Assembly (NCBI GenBank): GCA_054600435.1
Contig: BAAIJX010000057.1
Span: 62,001-126,000 of the forward strand
DNA from: Neophaeotheca triangularis
Lineage: Eukaryota
Direction of reading: 5' to 3'
DNA length: 64,000 nt
Shown here: positions 13,255 to 26,208 of the stretch, in pieces
Position numbering within the stretch: position 1 is the stretch's first letter
Layout: each line of letters opens with the position of its first letter
Made by a program: the position numbers and the translations under genes
The notes under the pieces: model-generated
Told to the model about the DNA's origin: nothing
Database searches by the model: none
The model's input: the letters and a program-made list of their open reading frames with translations, nothing else

Positions 13255-13868
13255 ATGGTACGCACGCCCCGCCGAATCGAAAGGAATTGAATGCAGCGCG
13301 CAGGATCGCGTACGAGGGGTCATCAGGCTAACGCAGTATGCGCAACAGTCGTCCGCAAAGATCAGGTCCGCCCAGCTCTGGGGCAAGAACAAGGAGGACC
13401 TCCAGAAGCAGCTCGATGAGCAGAAGCACGAGCTCGTCCAACTTCGAACCCAAAAGATTGCCGGTGGCGCCTCGTCCAAGATCAGCAAGATGTACGATAC
13501 ACCCGCGGATGAAGGAAGGGAAGACGTGCGATTGAAGGATTGAACACTAACGCGACACGTAGCCACGATGTCCGCAAGAACATTGCCCGTATCCTCACCG
13601 TCATCAACATGAACCAGCGCACCCAGCTCCGCATCTTCTACAAGGGCAAGAAGCACCAGCCGCTCGACCTCCGCCCGAAGCAGACCCGCAGCATGCGCAG
13701 ACGCCTGACGAAGCACGAGGCCACCTTGGTGACGGAGAAGCAAAAGAAGAAGCAGAGGCATTTCCCCCAGAGGAACTTCGCTGTCAAGGTCAGTTGATGA
13801 CTATACTTGGGATGCGGATTAATGGCGCAAGCGGGATACGGAGCTGACTCTTCAAACAGGCCGAGTAG
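13255..13868 (+). CDS. RPL35: 60S ribosomal protein L35 (uL29); exons 13255-13257, 13349-13491, 13563-13788, 13860-13868
   Basis: Spliced product [23 protein letters not shown]...[13 protein letters not shown]...[16 protein letters not shown]...[11 protein letters not shown]. Three GT-AG introns. Confidence 0.96.
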
Positions 13869-15288
13869 ATTCTTTTCCAAGAGAAGGGGTTCTTCTGCTG
13901 CGCACTTCAGCGACTTGATTCACGGCGAATATGGAGGGCACGATAAGCCTTGGTGTTGTAGCTAAGATCATGCAATACCAATGAATCAGCCACCAACAAG
14001 TCAAAGAAACCCACAACCATTCCGTTCCCCTTTTCTCAATTTCGGGCAGGCCTTGAATGCTTCGGACCTCGACAAGTATATTGTGCGTCATTATGATCAG
14101 GACCCAGAGGTAGGAGAATGACGCCGGCGCCATTCTCATTTCCCTCTGAATCGTTTCCTACACTGCGTTGCCACACTGCGATGGAATTACGAGTGTATCG
14201 GACCTTGGGCGAAAGAGTGAAGACGCTACGAGTGCCCAGCAGCGCGACCACAAGCTGAGGCCTCGGATTCAATGGGTGAATATGAGCAAGTTGTAGTAGA
14301 TAGGGTACACTGACTAGTTCCAGATGCTTCCATTTCTGTTGACTGCCGGACTGCCAAGAATATCCCATACTCACCCCTTGATGGACAATTCATGGTTCGC
14401 CATGCTCAAGTCGCTATATCCTGGAACAGCTACATACTATTCTGGCCCTCCCGAGAAGGCGCCATTGCTACGAAGACTAATGTAAAGTCCGAATCTGATC
14501 GCCTGGAGACCTACCGGCAGCAAAAATTGCATCCGATAGGTCGCTGCCGCACGAGTTTCTGCTCGGCTATCTGCGCCCCAGCTGGGCATCGAGAGTATGA
14601 GAGCGCTCTGTTTAGTAACCACTTCCGAATCTGCTGGCTCCATCTTCAGACACTCTCGCCTGTACGCTGCGCGAGATGGAATGCTGGCTCGAGTTTGGGG
14701 ATCGTCGGAGTCTATCATCATTCGAATGCCCAAAACATGACATGTACTGTGTGCCGGCACCAGCTTGTAAGTGGGCAATCTGCGTCCGATACAGCCACGC
14801 AGAGATTCGAGAAGGCAGGGGTGGTAGCTTAAACATTATGAGACCTTTACTTCAACCAAATAGATCAGTTGCGAGTGTGTGGTAAACGGAGGCTATTGCC
14901 GCTGCGCTTTGATTGCAACCTACCCCTGTAGGTGAGGTGAAAGCGTTGGAGTGTTGTACTTTTCGCTTTCTATTGACTCTGAACCGTCCTCGCGCGGCTA
15001 CGGCTCTGTCTAGGTTTACGAGCCCGGCTCGATTTATGACCCTGAGCTTCGTAAATCTGTAGCCGCATGCTCGTCGCTGCTAGCCTGTGTGGTCGCAGAG
15101 CGTGGATTTAGCCGCTACGCTTTTCTTAGCTCCTTATCTTCCGATGCTGCCAGCTTAGCACAAAATATACTACTCAGGAGCGAGGAGACTTCCTCACTAC
15201 GCCACAAGGCGGCAGAGCCTCGCGCATGGTCGAGCTCACGATCATCTTTCAAAGTCCTCCTGATTCGATAGATCCGCACGCAACACCT

Positions 15289-15999
15289 TCAGCCCTCAAC
15301 CTTCAACTCCCGCATCTTCTCCAAATCCATCGTATCGCCCTCATCCTCCTCATCCGCGTTCTTCCCAGCAATTCCCATCTCCCAAAGCTGCTTCCCCGAC
15401 AATTGCCTCTCCTTATCCGCCTTGGGCCCCTTCTTCTTCCTCTCAGCCTCCTCCGCCTCGAGGCGCGCCTTCTCCTTAGCCTCCTCAATCTCCCTTCTAA
15501 AGCCCTCCCGCCACTTCAAAAAAGTCTCAACAGTAACCTTCTCGCCCTCAAACTTCCTATTCTCTTCCTCTTCCGCTTTAGCTGCCTCGTGGTCCTGAAT
15601 GGCCTGGATAGCCTGCTGCCGCTCACTAATGAGCAATTCCGCAGCGTCCTTGAGCGTGCTGACTAGCGTGAAAATCATGGCTATGCCGAGATTTTCTTCT
15701 ATACTCGGCTGCAGAGCGTCCAGCAAGCGCGCTTTGTCATCTTGGATGTTGAGGTGCGGGTGTTTGGGGGCGTTGGGCGGTTGCGTTATGTCTAATCGTG
15801 GCGCTTCGTCGGGGTATGCTTCCGGGTATTGGACGTTGAGGATGATGATGGGGGTTTCGGGTTCTTCGCCTTCATCGGAGGGGATGGTCACGTCGAGGCT
15901 TATGGTTATGCGGTATTCTTGCTCGTTGACATCTTGGATCTCGTCTGGGAAGATGGAGTCGAGGACCTCGCGTTCTTCTTGCTGTTCTTCCTTCCCCAT
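15289..15999 (-). CDS. GIR2: RWD-domain protein (GIR2/RWDD1)
   Basis: EEQQEEREVLDSIFPDEI, YPEAYPDEAP, EENLGIAMIFTLV, GEKVTVETFLKW and LSGKQLWE. Confidence 0.88.
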   Translation of the reverse strand: MGKEEQQEEREVLDSIFPDEIQDVNEQEYRITISLDVTIPSDEGEEPETPIIILNVQYPEAYPDEAPRLDITQPPNAPKHPHLNIQDDKARLLDALQPSIEENLGIAMIFTLVSTLKDAAELLISERQQAIQAIQDHEAAKAEEEENRKFEGEKVTVETFLKWREGFRREIEEAKEKARLEAEEAERKKKGPKADKERQLSGKQLWEMGIAGKNADEEDEGDTMDLEKMRELKVEG

Positions 16000-16260
16000 G
16001 GCTACTTAATTGATGAAGAAGAAGGCTTAGGTTTGATTCGAATATCGAGTTGGTTGGCAGGAAGACTGCCTGCTGCTGTGGTATTTGTATCAAACGGGTT
16101 GTTTCCGCTAAATTCGCAACGTGAAGTCACCGAGCGAAGGCGAACCCCGCATTTTGATTAGAGCTCAACAATGAATATCTGCCCCGCCTCAATCAATACA
16201 CTTCGATTAACCCCAGCTCGAACCCAACGCCATCCGCCCCAAAGCATCGATCCTCGAACC

Positions 16261-16893
16261 ATGGCGACAGCATCATCCCAACCAGGCTCAATGTCTTCAG
16301 CAACCTTAGCCGGCTCTCCAGCCCCCAGCAATCCCCCCAACCGCAGCGACGCCTTCACCTTCCCAACCTACACCTCCTTCCCCCCCTTCTACACCCTCCA
16401 ACCTAATATCACGACCCGCGCGCGGCAACTGACTCTCTGGTCCCAACTCGTGCTCTCCTATTGCTCCCACCACCGTATCTTTCGACTCCCCTTGTCCTCA
16501 CTCCCGCCGGACCTCTTCACCAACCGCACCATCTCCCGCTCCCTCAGTGCCGCCGACACCATGGCTCTGCTCACCTGGATGTCGTTGCCGGAGAACCAGA
16601 GTCGGGTAGAGTGGGTGCCGCCTGCGGCCAAGGGAGAGAAGAGTAGTGCGTGTTGGGTGCTTTGGAGGAGTCTGGGGGAGTGGGCGGATGTTTTGTATGG
16701 CTGGGTCGAGGAGACCGGGCAGAAGGGGAGTGTGTTGACGGTTTATGAGTTGCGGGAGGGTGAGGCGATTGGCGGTAGGGAGTGGGTGGGGATGGACGAG
16801 GAGCTCTTGCAGAAGGTGCTCGGGGTGATTGTTAAGAGGGGAAAAGCCCAGATCTTTGGGCAGGAAGAGAGTGCTGGTGTGAAGTTCTTTTGA
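16261..16893 (+). CDS. VPS25: ESCRT-II subunit VPS25
   Basis: FTFPTYTSFPPFYTLQPN, WSQLVLSYC, WVEETGQKGSVLTVYEL and C-terminal GVKFF. Start ATG uncertain (16171, 16261 or 16291). Confidence 0.93.
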   Translation: MATASSQPGSMSSATLAGSPAPSNPPNRSDAFTFPTYTSFPPFYTLQPNITTRARQLTLWSQLVLSYCSHHRIFRLPLSSLPPDLFTNRTISRSLSAADTMALLTWMSLPENQSRVEWVPPAAKGEKSSACWVLWRSLGEWADVLYGWVEETGQKGSVLTVYELREGEAIGGREWVGMDEELLQKVLGVIVKRGKAQIFGQEESAGVKFF

Positions 16894-17179
16894 GATGGCA
16901 GGTCTCGTCGGAGCTGGATAAATCGATAACCTGCAACGGGGTAAAGAAATTGTTGAAATTGCTCTGCATTGGGTATGTCATACGATACAATCCATCCGGC
17001 GCCAACGCTAAACTAACAGAACCAAGAAATGCTGCTACTTGACCAACCGCTACTCGAATGCGTGTCTGACACCAAAAGCCCAGTGATGCGTCATGATAGA
17101 GCGCAGGTTCGAAGGTCTCGCTGGTCATCAGTTAACATGCCTCTTCACCACAGAAACGACGGGAAAGGGTGGGAGTGCT

Positions 17180-20051
17180 TTAGCCACGCTTACTAGAAAG
17201 CGCCCCCTCTTCCAGCAACCACCTGTCGTTCCAACGGATCTGCTGGCTCATCGCAGCGTTGAGTAGCCAGTCAGATTTGACAACTCGAGCCTCGAGGTCC
17301 TGCTTTGCGGCGAGGTCGCGGAACGTCTTCCAGAGCTTGACTTCCTCGTTCGAGGTACCGGAAACGAGGTACACGTACTTGCGCTCGTCATCGCTGCCTT
17401 GGTTTTGGGCCTCAGCGCCAGTTGCCTGATCGTCCTTGCCACAACGCTTGTCGATCTTGAGGCCACCGCGACCCTTGTATTTGAGAGGTGCGCCGCCGTT
17501 GACCCGAATGATCTCTTCAAAAGTATCGAACCCACCGGGGAGCTGTTCAGTCACAAAGATGGTCCACCCACGCAACAGCTTCTGGTTGTTGATTTCAGCG
17601 CGCTTGAGTGATTCAGACAAGGAAAAATCAAACCGCTCTTCATTCTCCTTGTCGTGTAGGAGGCCGGGGTTGTCGACCAGCTTCCCCTTGCTCAACGCAG
17701 TGTCGAGATACTTGGTGTCGACAACTAGTGGCGCAAAAGCCAGGGCGGAGACAAATTTGCGGGTGCGCAGAATCTTTGGCGCGACCAAAATGTCTACGTC
17801 CCTTGTAGTTGTCGTGATCTCAACTCCAAGCGCACGAAGTTTTTTCTGGACACAAAGTCAGTTACCGTGAACGTATCGTGCGAATGAGGCAATAACTTAC
17901 TGTATCAGCCGACTCTTTCTTTGGATTGTTCACCCATCGTTCGTCACCAGTGACCATCATCTTGTACCGTACAGCCTGCTCGCCACCACCTATCTTCGCC
18001 TTTTTCGCCGCCGGTTTTGTCGCCTTTTGGGTTTCTCCGTCGCTGAGATCGCTGCCTTGGGCTGTCACATCGTACGTGCCTTCATCGCTTGCACGCTTTT
18101 TCCCCTTCTTCATGGCGGCAGGTGAAGGTTGATCGGCAGCATGACTTGAAGGACGTCTACCACCGTGGATGACGCCGCCCTTCCGTTTGGATTCACGCTC
18201 ATACAGCGCAATGTCGTCTGCCTGGTTGTGGAGAGTGTTCATTGCTTTATTCTTCGCCGCCCTGCCGCTTGCAGTCGACAAGGGAGCCTCATTCTCCTTC
18301 TCTTCTCCGACGTGGCGTGGTGTCGCGGTATTTCTGGAAAGTCTGCCACGGGGCTTCTTTATAGTTTGTGGAGCTTCAGTCTCCTCCACGCCGGCAGCGG
18401 TCTGATCGCCATCAACTCCAGCATCTTCGTTCGCATCTTCCTCAATTGGAGTTGGTACTCTGTCATCGACGTTCCCATGTGTCTCCGCGGCCGTCGAAAC
18501 GATGCCGTTCACAACGCTAGAAGCCGGGACCGTCTTGTGAGGTGATGGGTTTGTAGAAGTTGTGCGAGACGGAGCTTTGGCGGGCTCTTGGGCCTTGGGA
18601 TAGTGCACCTGCTCCAGCCTTTTGGAATCAAGGCCGATACCGCCTACGACCTCTCCCAAGTTTGTTCGTGCCGGAAAGCGCGTGTACTTTGGATTTGATA
18701 AACTCTGTACCGCACACTTTGCGTAGCTTTCTTCCAGCCAGAGGTGGTTGACCATGTTGATGTTCCATTCTTGGGCAGCTTCACACTTCTCGGACGCCCT
18801 ATGAGCCGTAATGAGGTGTGTATTGTCCTGCTTCATCGTTTTTGTGAATTCGGCGCCGCAGCATTTGACCAGGTTTTCCAGGTAGGTCCGCGAGTCACCA
18901 GAATAATTGGACAGACTGATCTTCATGTTCTCGAAACCCGAAATGCCGTTGCGCGGGATAGGGTAATGTAGCAGCCTATTCAACGGATTCGTCCAGCGGT
19001 TGCATGAGAGAACAGAGTAAAGCCATGAAAGACTGCCAATCTCTTTGCCCGCACGGGCAGCTGCCAGGAATTCCTCGCCTTCTCGATAGTGCCCAATGTA
19101 CGTATCCGCCTGACCTACATCGTTCGTGACTTGCCCACCTCCGTAGTTCACCACCTTGACCAAAGTTCTGAAGAGATGTTCGCTGATCTTCAAATCGTTC
19201 CCTAGCAGAATGTGCTTGCCTCGAAATACGTCAAGCTCTTTGCGGTGATCCGATGGAGTAGAAGCCGGAGTTTCGGGCGGTGCACCCTCAGGCTTTGCTG
19301 TTGTCGCCCCTTCGATAGCGGTTGAGGATCGGATTTTGACCGGAGATTTGTGGCCATGCTGTAGGACTTCCGGTTCTGGAAAGGTGTATGGCTCTTCGCT
19401 GATCTTCCTGCCCAGCGATAGGCAGTCATCGAACCAATGCGGCGCCACTATCTTGCAGTCCAGTTTCCTCTCGCCCACCATCTCGCACTTGGGGTGTTCC
19501 ATGCTCATTGTCACAACGTGCGTTACGAGCCTCGACAGTGGTCCCGAAACCAAGCCTCCAAGCGCCATCACTCCGGCAGTAATAGCATCTTTGTCCCCTT
19601 CCGGCAGATCCGCACACGTCAACACGATGTCCTGGAAGATCTGGCTGGGATCGGGGGTGTGCTGTCTTGCCGAGGCGACTTTTTCTTTGATCAGAGACTG
19701 CTCTACCCATGATGGTTTGACGACGAGCCGCCCTGCCTCCAATGCAGCATTGTACTCGGGAAAGTCGATATGCGATGCGACAATGTGCGTGATGGATTCG
19801 AGCGAGGGGAAGTCTTCGTGGACGTTGTGAGGTACATACTTGGCCCCATTGGCGATGAGTGCGCGGATGATCTAGTAGAATGTTAGCAGTTTATAGTATG
19901 TAGAACTATAGTTTTTGGGGAGAAGTACCTTTTCTTCGTCTTGCGCCACGAAGTCGCCAGTCAGATTGACTGTGAAGGAAACACCGTCGAAGAGCTTGCC
20001 AGGAACATCTGGTTGCCCCTCCATTGTGGTGGTGCCGGTGTTGTTGGACAT
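17180..20051 (-). CDS. RTT107: Multi-BRCT DNA-damage scaffold, RTT107/Brc1-like; 3 exons
   Basis: Repeated BRCT signatures (THIVA, VVKPSWV, IVAPHWFDDCL, LLHYPIPR, NMVNHLWLEES, LRTRKFVSAL, KSDWLLNAAMSQ). Introns at about 19929-19872 and 17900-17846 join the 626 aa and 202 aa ORFs. Confidence 0.85.
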
Positions 20052-20113
20052 TCCAAGAGCAAAAGCGATAGGTATACCTAGGTAAAGTAGTTTTAGGTAC
20101 CTAATGTTGATCG

Positions 20114-20149
20114 AACGCGGAGAACGCGTCGCGCCTGGCCCGCCGCGAA
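20114..20149. promoter_or_regulatory. MCB (ACGCGT) cluster upstream of the BRCT gene
   Basis: Perfect ACGCGT at 20124-20129 flanked by AACGCGG and CGCGAA, about 70-100 bp upstream of the ATG. Confidence 0.55.
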
Positions 20150-20593
20150 GTCACGAGGGGCCGAGCACCAAAGCTTTGACACGAGACACGAAGGACTTCA
20201 CCTCTCCCAACACTTCCAAGTAAGCATTCTCGAAGCGGCTCGAATGTACGGTTATGACTGATCATTGAGAATTCGACCTAATACAGCATCTTTGGGTACG
20301 CTTTTGACTGGGACACAAACATCTTCGTCCAAAAAGACATCTGTGGGGGCACCGCAGTCGCCACCCGCAGTCGCGGGTTTCTAACATAATGCCTTTGTTC
20401 ACCTCTACAATGCTCCGCGTAGGTTACAGTGAGTCCACGCTCGGCAGTAGCAGCTCGTTCATGCACCACGGAGGTCCACGAAACAATGCCTCGAATTTGC
20501 GAGACCTCTTGCGAGGCAATTGACATTCTAGATACGATGACGACCGAAAAACGCTGTGCATGCAGACAACATTCCCGCCCAAAATCCACATAA

Positions 20594-22143
20594 TCATTTC
20601 AATCCATCCGTCGGAGACCACACTGGCGCCAAAGTTGTATCCGGACTCGTGTGCTGGTCGAAGTACAAGTCTCCGCTCATGTCCCCCATGGCTGCTTCAA
20701 ACTGTGTCTCACTCGGCATGCTTTGGCTTTGTCCCGCAACTTGAGCGGCCTCAAGGTCGGCAAACAGCGCTGGATCTACCGCATGTTGTGGTTGCATCTG
20801 CTGCTGAAGATACTGCTGGTGCTCGTACGCTTGTTGCGAAGGTGGCTGGTAAGGCTGCTGGTACTGCGGTGTTTGATACTGGTACAGCGGCTGCCCGTAC
20901 TGATTGTACTGCTGCATTGGAGTGGCAGTACGCGAGTTGTTGAAGACCTCTTCCGCAGATTGGCCACCCGGCAACCCATAACCGCCGAGAGTCTGCCCGT
21001 TGATTGAGCTCATGGAATTCGGCGTAGGGACCCTGACTCCATGGACTTCCGGCATGTAAGCTTGTCGGGACTGTTGAAATGCTGGTTGTTGATGGTAAAT
21101 GCCAGTGTGCGGATCATACGGAACACCGGTAGGATCGTAAGCGACGTTCGAAGGCAGTGGACGTCCTGGGTTCGCATACGGATAATGGGTCTGCTCGTAG
21201 CTGCTCACTGGCTGGTTGTAGTATGGATGCGTCTCAAAGTGGTTGCTGGGCAGGTACGCGACATCAGACCTGGGCGTTTGCTGCCTTCTGACCTTTACAT
21301 GGCGGCCGCCTCGGTACTCAGCATCGGGATCGTCAAGGTCGCTTGGTTCGTCTTCGTCGTCGGTGTACTCTCCCTTGCGACGCTTGTTGTTTGACTTGCT
21401 TGGCGAGAACTTGTATTCCGGATGAGCGGCTTGGTGGTTGGCCCTTTCGACCTTTGCCCATTCGTTGAACTGGTCGCGGACTTCTTGTGGCTCCATTGGC
21501 CAGCTTTCCCCGGAAACAGACGACACCACTTGATGATTGTTCTGGAGCCCCCAGGCCTTTGTACGCTCGGCGTAGGCAGAGCGGTACAGCATGAAGGAGT
21601 TCATCGGGCGAGTGACATATCCATTGCGCTTTTCCACCTCTTGTCTCCGAACTTCTGCTGGACGGTTGACCCATGCTCCGATATCCCGGACGGGTACTTC
21701 CATGTCTTTTGTCAGGATGGATAAAGGTGCAGTGAGCTTAGGTGTCTTGGACTTGTCGAGCTTGCTGGCCTTCTTCTTCCTGGACCGTGGCATTGGTGAC
21801 TTTGACACTCTAGACTTGCTGACACTGAAAGGGGAGTCGGTACGCTTGGTCGATCGACCACTCCTTGTTCGCACTCCGTCGCTTGCCGTATTTGAGCGTG
21901 GTGTTGGTGGACTTTGCTGGTAGGTATTGTCATGCTGGAAATTGAAGTCATCCTGCTATGCACTGTCAGCATGAAGCCTACGGACCAGCGAGGGCATTTG
22001 GTACTCACATAGAAGCCGAGGTCCTTTGCATCTTCCTGGTAGGGTGGGAACTGGTCGACGCCAGCGTTGTGCTTGGCGACTGCGTCAAGACCGTAGTCTT
22101 CAGCAGTTGCAGACCCATGATGAGCCACAGTGGTGGGTGTCAT
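20594..22143 (-). CDS. Sequence-specific MATA/SOX-type HMG-box transcription factor; exons 22143-22009, 21955-20594
   Basis: HMG box RPMNSFMLYRSAY...NHQVVSSVSGESWPMEP...AKVERANHQAAHPEYKFSP with a Q/Y/P-rich C-terminal region. GTGAGT intron. Confidence 0.88.
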
Positions 22144-24621
22144 GGCTGTCGCAGTCTTGCTTGTGGTCTTGAAACTTCAATCGGAACGAATGCTACGCTT
22201 CTGGAACTGTCAGAGCGCCAATGCCTTCCAAGAGGCTCGTTGACGATGGCCTGCATGTCTTGTAAGCATGGATACCAAAGGAGTATATTCACACCCGCAG
22301 GTTTGTCTCGCGTGCGTGGGCACATTGGTTCTTTGGGACAAGGCGGCGTTCGCGTACCTTGTGCGGCTATCCGTGGCGGATGCACTTTGTCTGCAACGAC
22401 CAGCAGCTGCCTTGCAGTTCTTTGCTGCTATCAGATCGGCAAGCGGCCCTTGTCGTCGGCTTTACTTTTGTTAGTATGGGTTGTCCTTTGGTTGCTATGT
22501 CGTTGTCTTGGTGAGCTTTGTCTCGGGGGTTTCAAAAGAGCTGACGAGCAAGCAGGATGACAGAAAGGAAGTCGGGAAGATTCAGACAAGATCCTTTGTG
22601 CGAGCAGAGCCTGAGGGTACTTGTAGCAATGGCAAGACCTTGATCGCTGAATCCAGACAGTTAAGGGCGACTCGTGCTGAAGACGGACGAAGTCGACCGC
22701 ATCCGTAGGTGTCTTGAGCCTGGGCCCGCTGTGAGTCTCAGATGGCCGTTTTCGGAAGAACACCGCTTGCACAACCTCACGACCAACGTCGTGACGGCAG
22801 GGTCGCAAGAGTTGTAGTTACTATGCTGTCGCCGTCACGGTCTTCTTGGTAATCTGGTAAGTGTCGAACACGCTCCATAGTTTCCTAAACCGTCACCTTC
22901 GCTCGCTCGGTCAGGAAGCACAACGACCCGCGCCATTGAATCAGTGTGGGACGATCCCGAGTTATGCTCGCGCGTCCTCTGTTGAATAGCTCACGCGCCC
23001 AACTATCCTCTCAGCCTTTCCAGTGTACGCGGCGACCGTGTCGGTCTCCACAGGTTCTTGTGCAGTGAGTTGACCAAGAGTCAGGTCATCTGAGGCAGGA
23101 AGTTAAGATGTGCAAGGATGTTTGGGTACCGCTACGTAAGGCTTCGGTTCAACATTGGCGGCTCGCCCGTTACACATGCCTCGAGACAGCCGCATTCCTC
23201 ACATCTGGTCACCTTACGACCGTCCTCCTAAGTATCGACGCTTGCGGAGAATATTGAAGAACCTACCTGCTTTCCAATTTGCGAACGACGTTTACCTTCG
23301 CACAGCCAGCGCCGCCCGACGGACAACTGCATCAGCCCAGATTGTCGGGCTTTTGAGCCACCCTGGCGTTTGGGTCCTGCATGCGTTTCATGTTGGCCTG
23401 GTCTACACACCACTGCCTTGTGGAAAAGCACCCGTTGGAGCTAGATCATGCGTTACTGCCGCCAGTAAGCTTTACACGATCCGCAGACGACGGAGCTAGC
23501 ATCTGAACGCGGGCAAACTTGCAGACAGCCAGCAGTCATATCCGCGCCTCACAATCTTAACATGTCGTCCACGAATATGCTCAAGCCAACGGGAGTCCCG
23601 GCGGGTGTGGCACAAGGGCACTTTAGCTAGATGCTCGAGCCAACCACGTAACCAGGTCAGCAAGTCACTGCGAACAGGGTATCTCGGTTGCTACCGAATG
23701 TCGAGCAAGACCCCTGTACACACGCCCTGGAATGCACGCTAGTTTCTATGCAATCAGCCTTGTGACACCGCACGCGGTCTTGGCTTGTCACCCCATTCCA
23801 ATCGCTGCGCTTCGCTTCAGGCTCGACGGAATTGGCTGCGAACGCCGACCGCGGCGAGAAAGCAATTCTTTACAATTTACGAAGGGTGATTGGGTTGGTC
23901 GACAGAAATTGAGGATCAGCAGTGACGCGATCCGCGACCCTTGTGGACGCTGCTCTACAAGGGTAACGTTTGCCGGCTCCGTATCGATCAAGATCACTGG
24001 ACCGCGTGCGCCACGACCGTGGTCCAAAGTTTCAACTACAGGCGGTGTTCCCCACCATAGAATCGCTGGTATGAGCAAACCTACTGAACAATACAACCTC
24101 ATGGTATGCTAAGCAAAGAAGACACGTACTCGATCGAGTCTATCGAGATCAAGTGGCTATCGGTGTGACTTGGCGAGGAGATAAGGACTGACCTTAAGAC
24201 TTCAAACCAACCCGAGGCGAGGGGAGGTGGCGAGCAAGACGACGTGTTTTCGCTTTTGGGCAGACGTCCGAGAGTCTGTTGGAGCTTCAGGCAATGAACT
24301 TGAAGTCGAAGTAAGCGCGTGAAGGTTCTGGCTACCGACGTGTGTGGGGAAGAGCGCCACGGTGCCACGAACCAGAGTCGCTGTGCGAAGCTGAGCCTCA
24401 ACGTTACGGTCACCTGGGTTCTATTAAGAAAAGGACAGGCTGCTCTGGTGATAGATTGTTACTTCTTACCCGGTCAGGGAGATGGGAAAAACTTGGCTTG
24501 CAGTCAGAGCACGATCAAAGGTGGCAGGTCAGGACGAGAAGATGGATGGTATCGTTGGTGCTTGGCATGAATCTTACGTGCCCCGTAATGGTAATGCCCG
24601 AAAGTCAAACTAGTAGCCCGC

Positions 24622-25842
24622 TCACGCGTCCTTCATCTTTTCGTCCTCGCCGTCTTCTTCGTCATCATCAATGCCCTCCCATTCCTCATCGTCGACCAAC
24701 TCCTCCGCTCCTACCACATCCTCTCCTTCCTGCTCCGGTCCAAGCAGATTGTTAAGATCAGTCAAGACCTCTTCCGCATGTGCTTTGAGCCTGTCATCTT
24801 CGTAGTCCTGCGCCTCGAAAAGCTTGAGAGACATCTTCATCCATTGCCGACTGCCTCTCAAGGCCGTTTCGATGGTCTCGCGCCTTTCGGGGTCCTCCCT
24901 CCAGTTTTCGGTTTCCCCTTGGTGCCGATCTGCAATCAAGTGCTGACACCAGCCTCCGAGGTACCAAGCCTCAACACTTTGGTCATCTTCCTGAATCAAG
25001 CGTGCAAGCACACTCATAGCGTCGTATTCCATCTCAGCTTCCATGAGAAGGCGTGAGAGTGAGATGCGAATGGGAAAGTCCGGCACCGCATCATCCTCGG
25101 GGTCTAAATCCTTCCAGGTGTCGATAGAACGCTTAAGAGCGGCCTGTGCGTCTTCCTTCCTCTCCTGCGAAAGTCGTACGGAGGCCAATGTCTGTAATAC
25201 TTCGGGGCTCGTCTCGTCTTCCACAGACATGGCTTGAGTGACAAGGTTTTCGCATCTTGTTTCAGCATCGTCCTCCCACGAAAGGTCCGTCATGTAGACT
25301 TCCACAATGCCACAGAGAGCGTTGGCCAGTTTGCGCTTCTTCTCAACGCGCATCATGAGTAGGCTCTCCTCGTCCATACCCTTCACCTCGCCACTTTCAA
25401 GCGCCGCGATCTCGTGCTGCAATGCCACAACACCCTTCTCATACCAGTCCACACTTCTCTGGCCCCCCTCGTCGCAAAGTTGCGCCAGCCAGAGGAACTT
25501 CTCAGCGCCGCCGCCCATGGCTTCAGGCACCTTGCCTTCTGGGTCTAGCGTCACAGCCTTCTCGAAGCACAAGCGCGCATCGTCAATCTCCCCAAGCTCG
25601 ACGTTGATCTCGCCCATGAGATTGATGGCCGGCAAGGCCTCCGTGACAGAACCATCCTTCACAGCGTTCCAGAGTTTAGTGGCTTGCTTCAAGGCTTCCT
25701 CCGGCTGAGATTGCTCTACGAATTCCACAGCTGTGGCGTAGAGTTGTTCCGGCCTTTCCTTGGGTTTAGCTTGGCCATTGAACATCTTCTTGCCCTGTTG
25801 TTTGGATTTTTGATTTTGCTGGGCTGCTTTTGCTTTGGCCAT
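24622..25842 (-). CDS. ACL4: TPR protein, assembly chaperone of Rpl4 (ACL4)
   Basis: TPR helices, GAEKFLWLAQL, VEVYMTDLSWEDDAETRCE, PEVLQTLASVRLSQ, VEAWYLGGW and an acidic tail. Confidence 0.85.
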   Translation of the reverse strand: MAKAKAAQQNQKSKQQGKKMFNGQAKPKERPEQLYATAVEFVEQSQPEEALKQATKLWNAVKDGSVTEALPAINLMGEINVELGEIDDARLCFEKAVTLDPEGKVPEAMGGGAEKFLWLAQLCDEGGQRSVDWYEKGVVALQHEIAALESGEVKGMDEESLLMMRVEKKRKLANALCGIVEVYMTDLSWEDDAETRCENLVTQAMSVEDETSPEVLQTLASVRLSQERKEDAQAALKRSIDTWKDLDPEDDAVPDFPIRISLSRLLMEAEMEYDAMSVLARLIQEDDQSVEAWYLGGWCQHLIADRHQGETENWREDPERRETIETALRGSRQWMKMSLKLFEAQDYEDDRLKAHAEEVLTDLNNLLGPEQEGEDVVGAEELVDDEEWEGIDDDEEDGEDEKMKDA

Positions 25843-26208
25843 GTTGGAAAGTCGGTGAATGGCAGATAAGTATCGTCAAAAGTTGAGGCAGCAAATTGTG
25901 CGATTCTGCCGCAGAGAAATTCGCTCGGATTCGGATCTCGGTAGAATCTCGGTGGCGCACAGACTACACTTATGTTAGAAACACAGTAGTGGCAGGTGGT
26001 TGGCGACAGCAAATATAATCACACATTTTTAAGGTACTCTGATCGGCATCAACTCCGGACGGTCCTCTCGAGTTGACTGACTTTCGAGACGCATCCAACA
26101 ATGCCAGAGTAGTCTTTCGGTAAGTCGCTAAAAGCAAATTAAATGGTCTCACCAACTCTAGGCTATAAGTATGCCATTTCCGCTTCGAGGCTAGACATCA
26201 TCATCTAC

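Noticed and set aside
13789..13859. Box C/D snoRNA in RPL35 intron 3 (TGATGA...CTGA)
   Set aside because: The intron is only 71 nt, the CTGA coincides with the branch site, and there is no terminal stem.
20594..22143. HMG-box gene as mating-type MAT1-2-1
   Set aside because: No intron inside the HMG box, no APN2/SLA2 neighbours in the window, and the sequence fits a non-MAT MATA-HMG factor.
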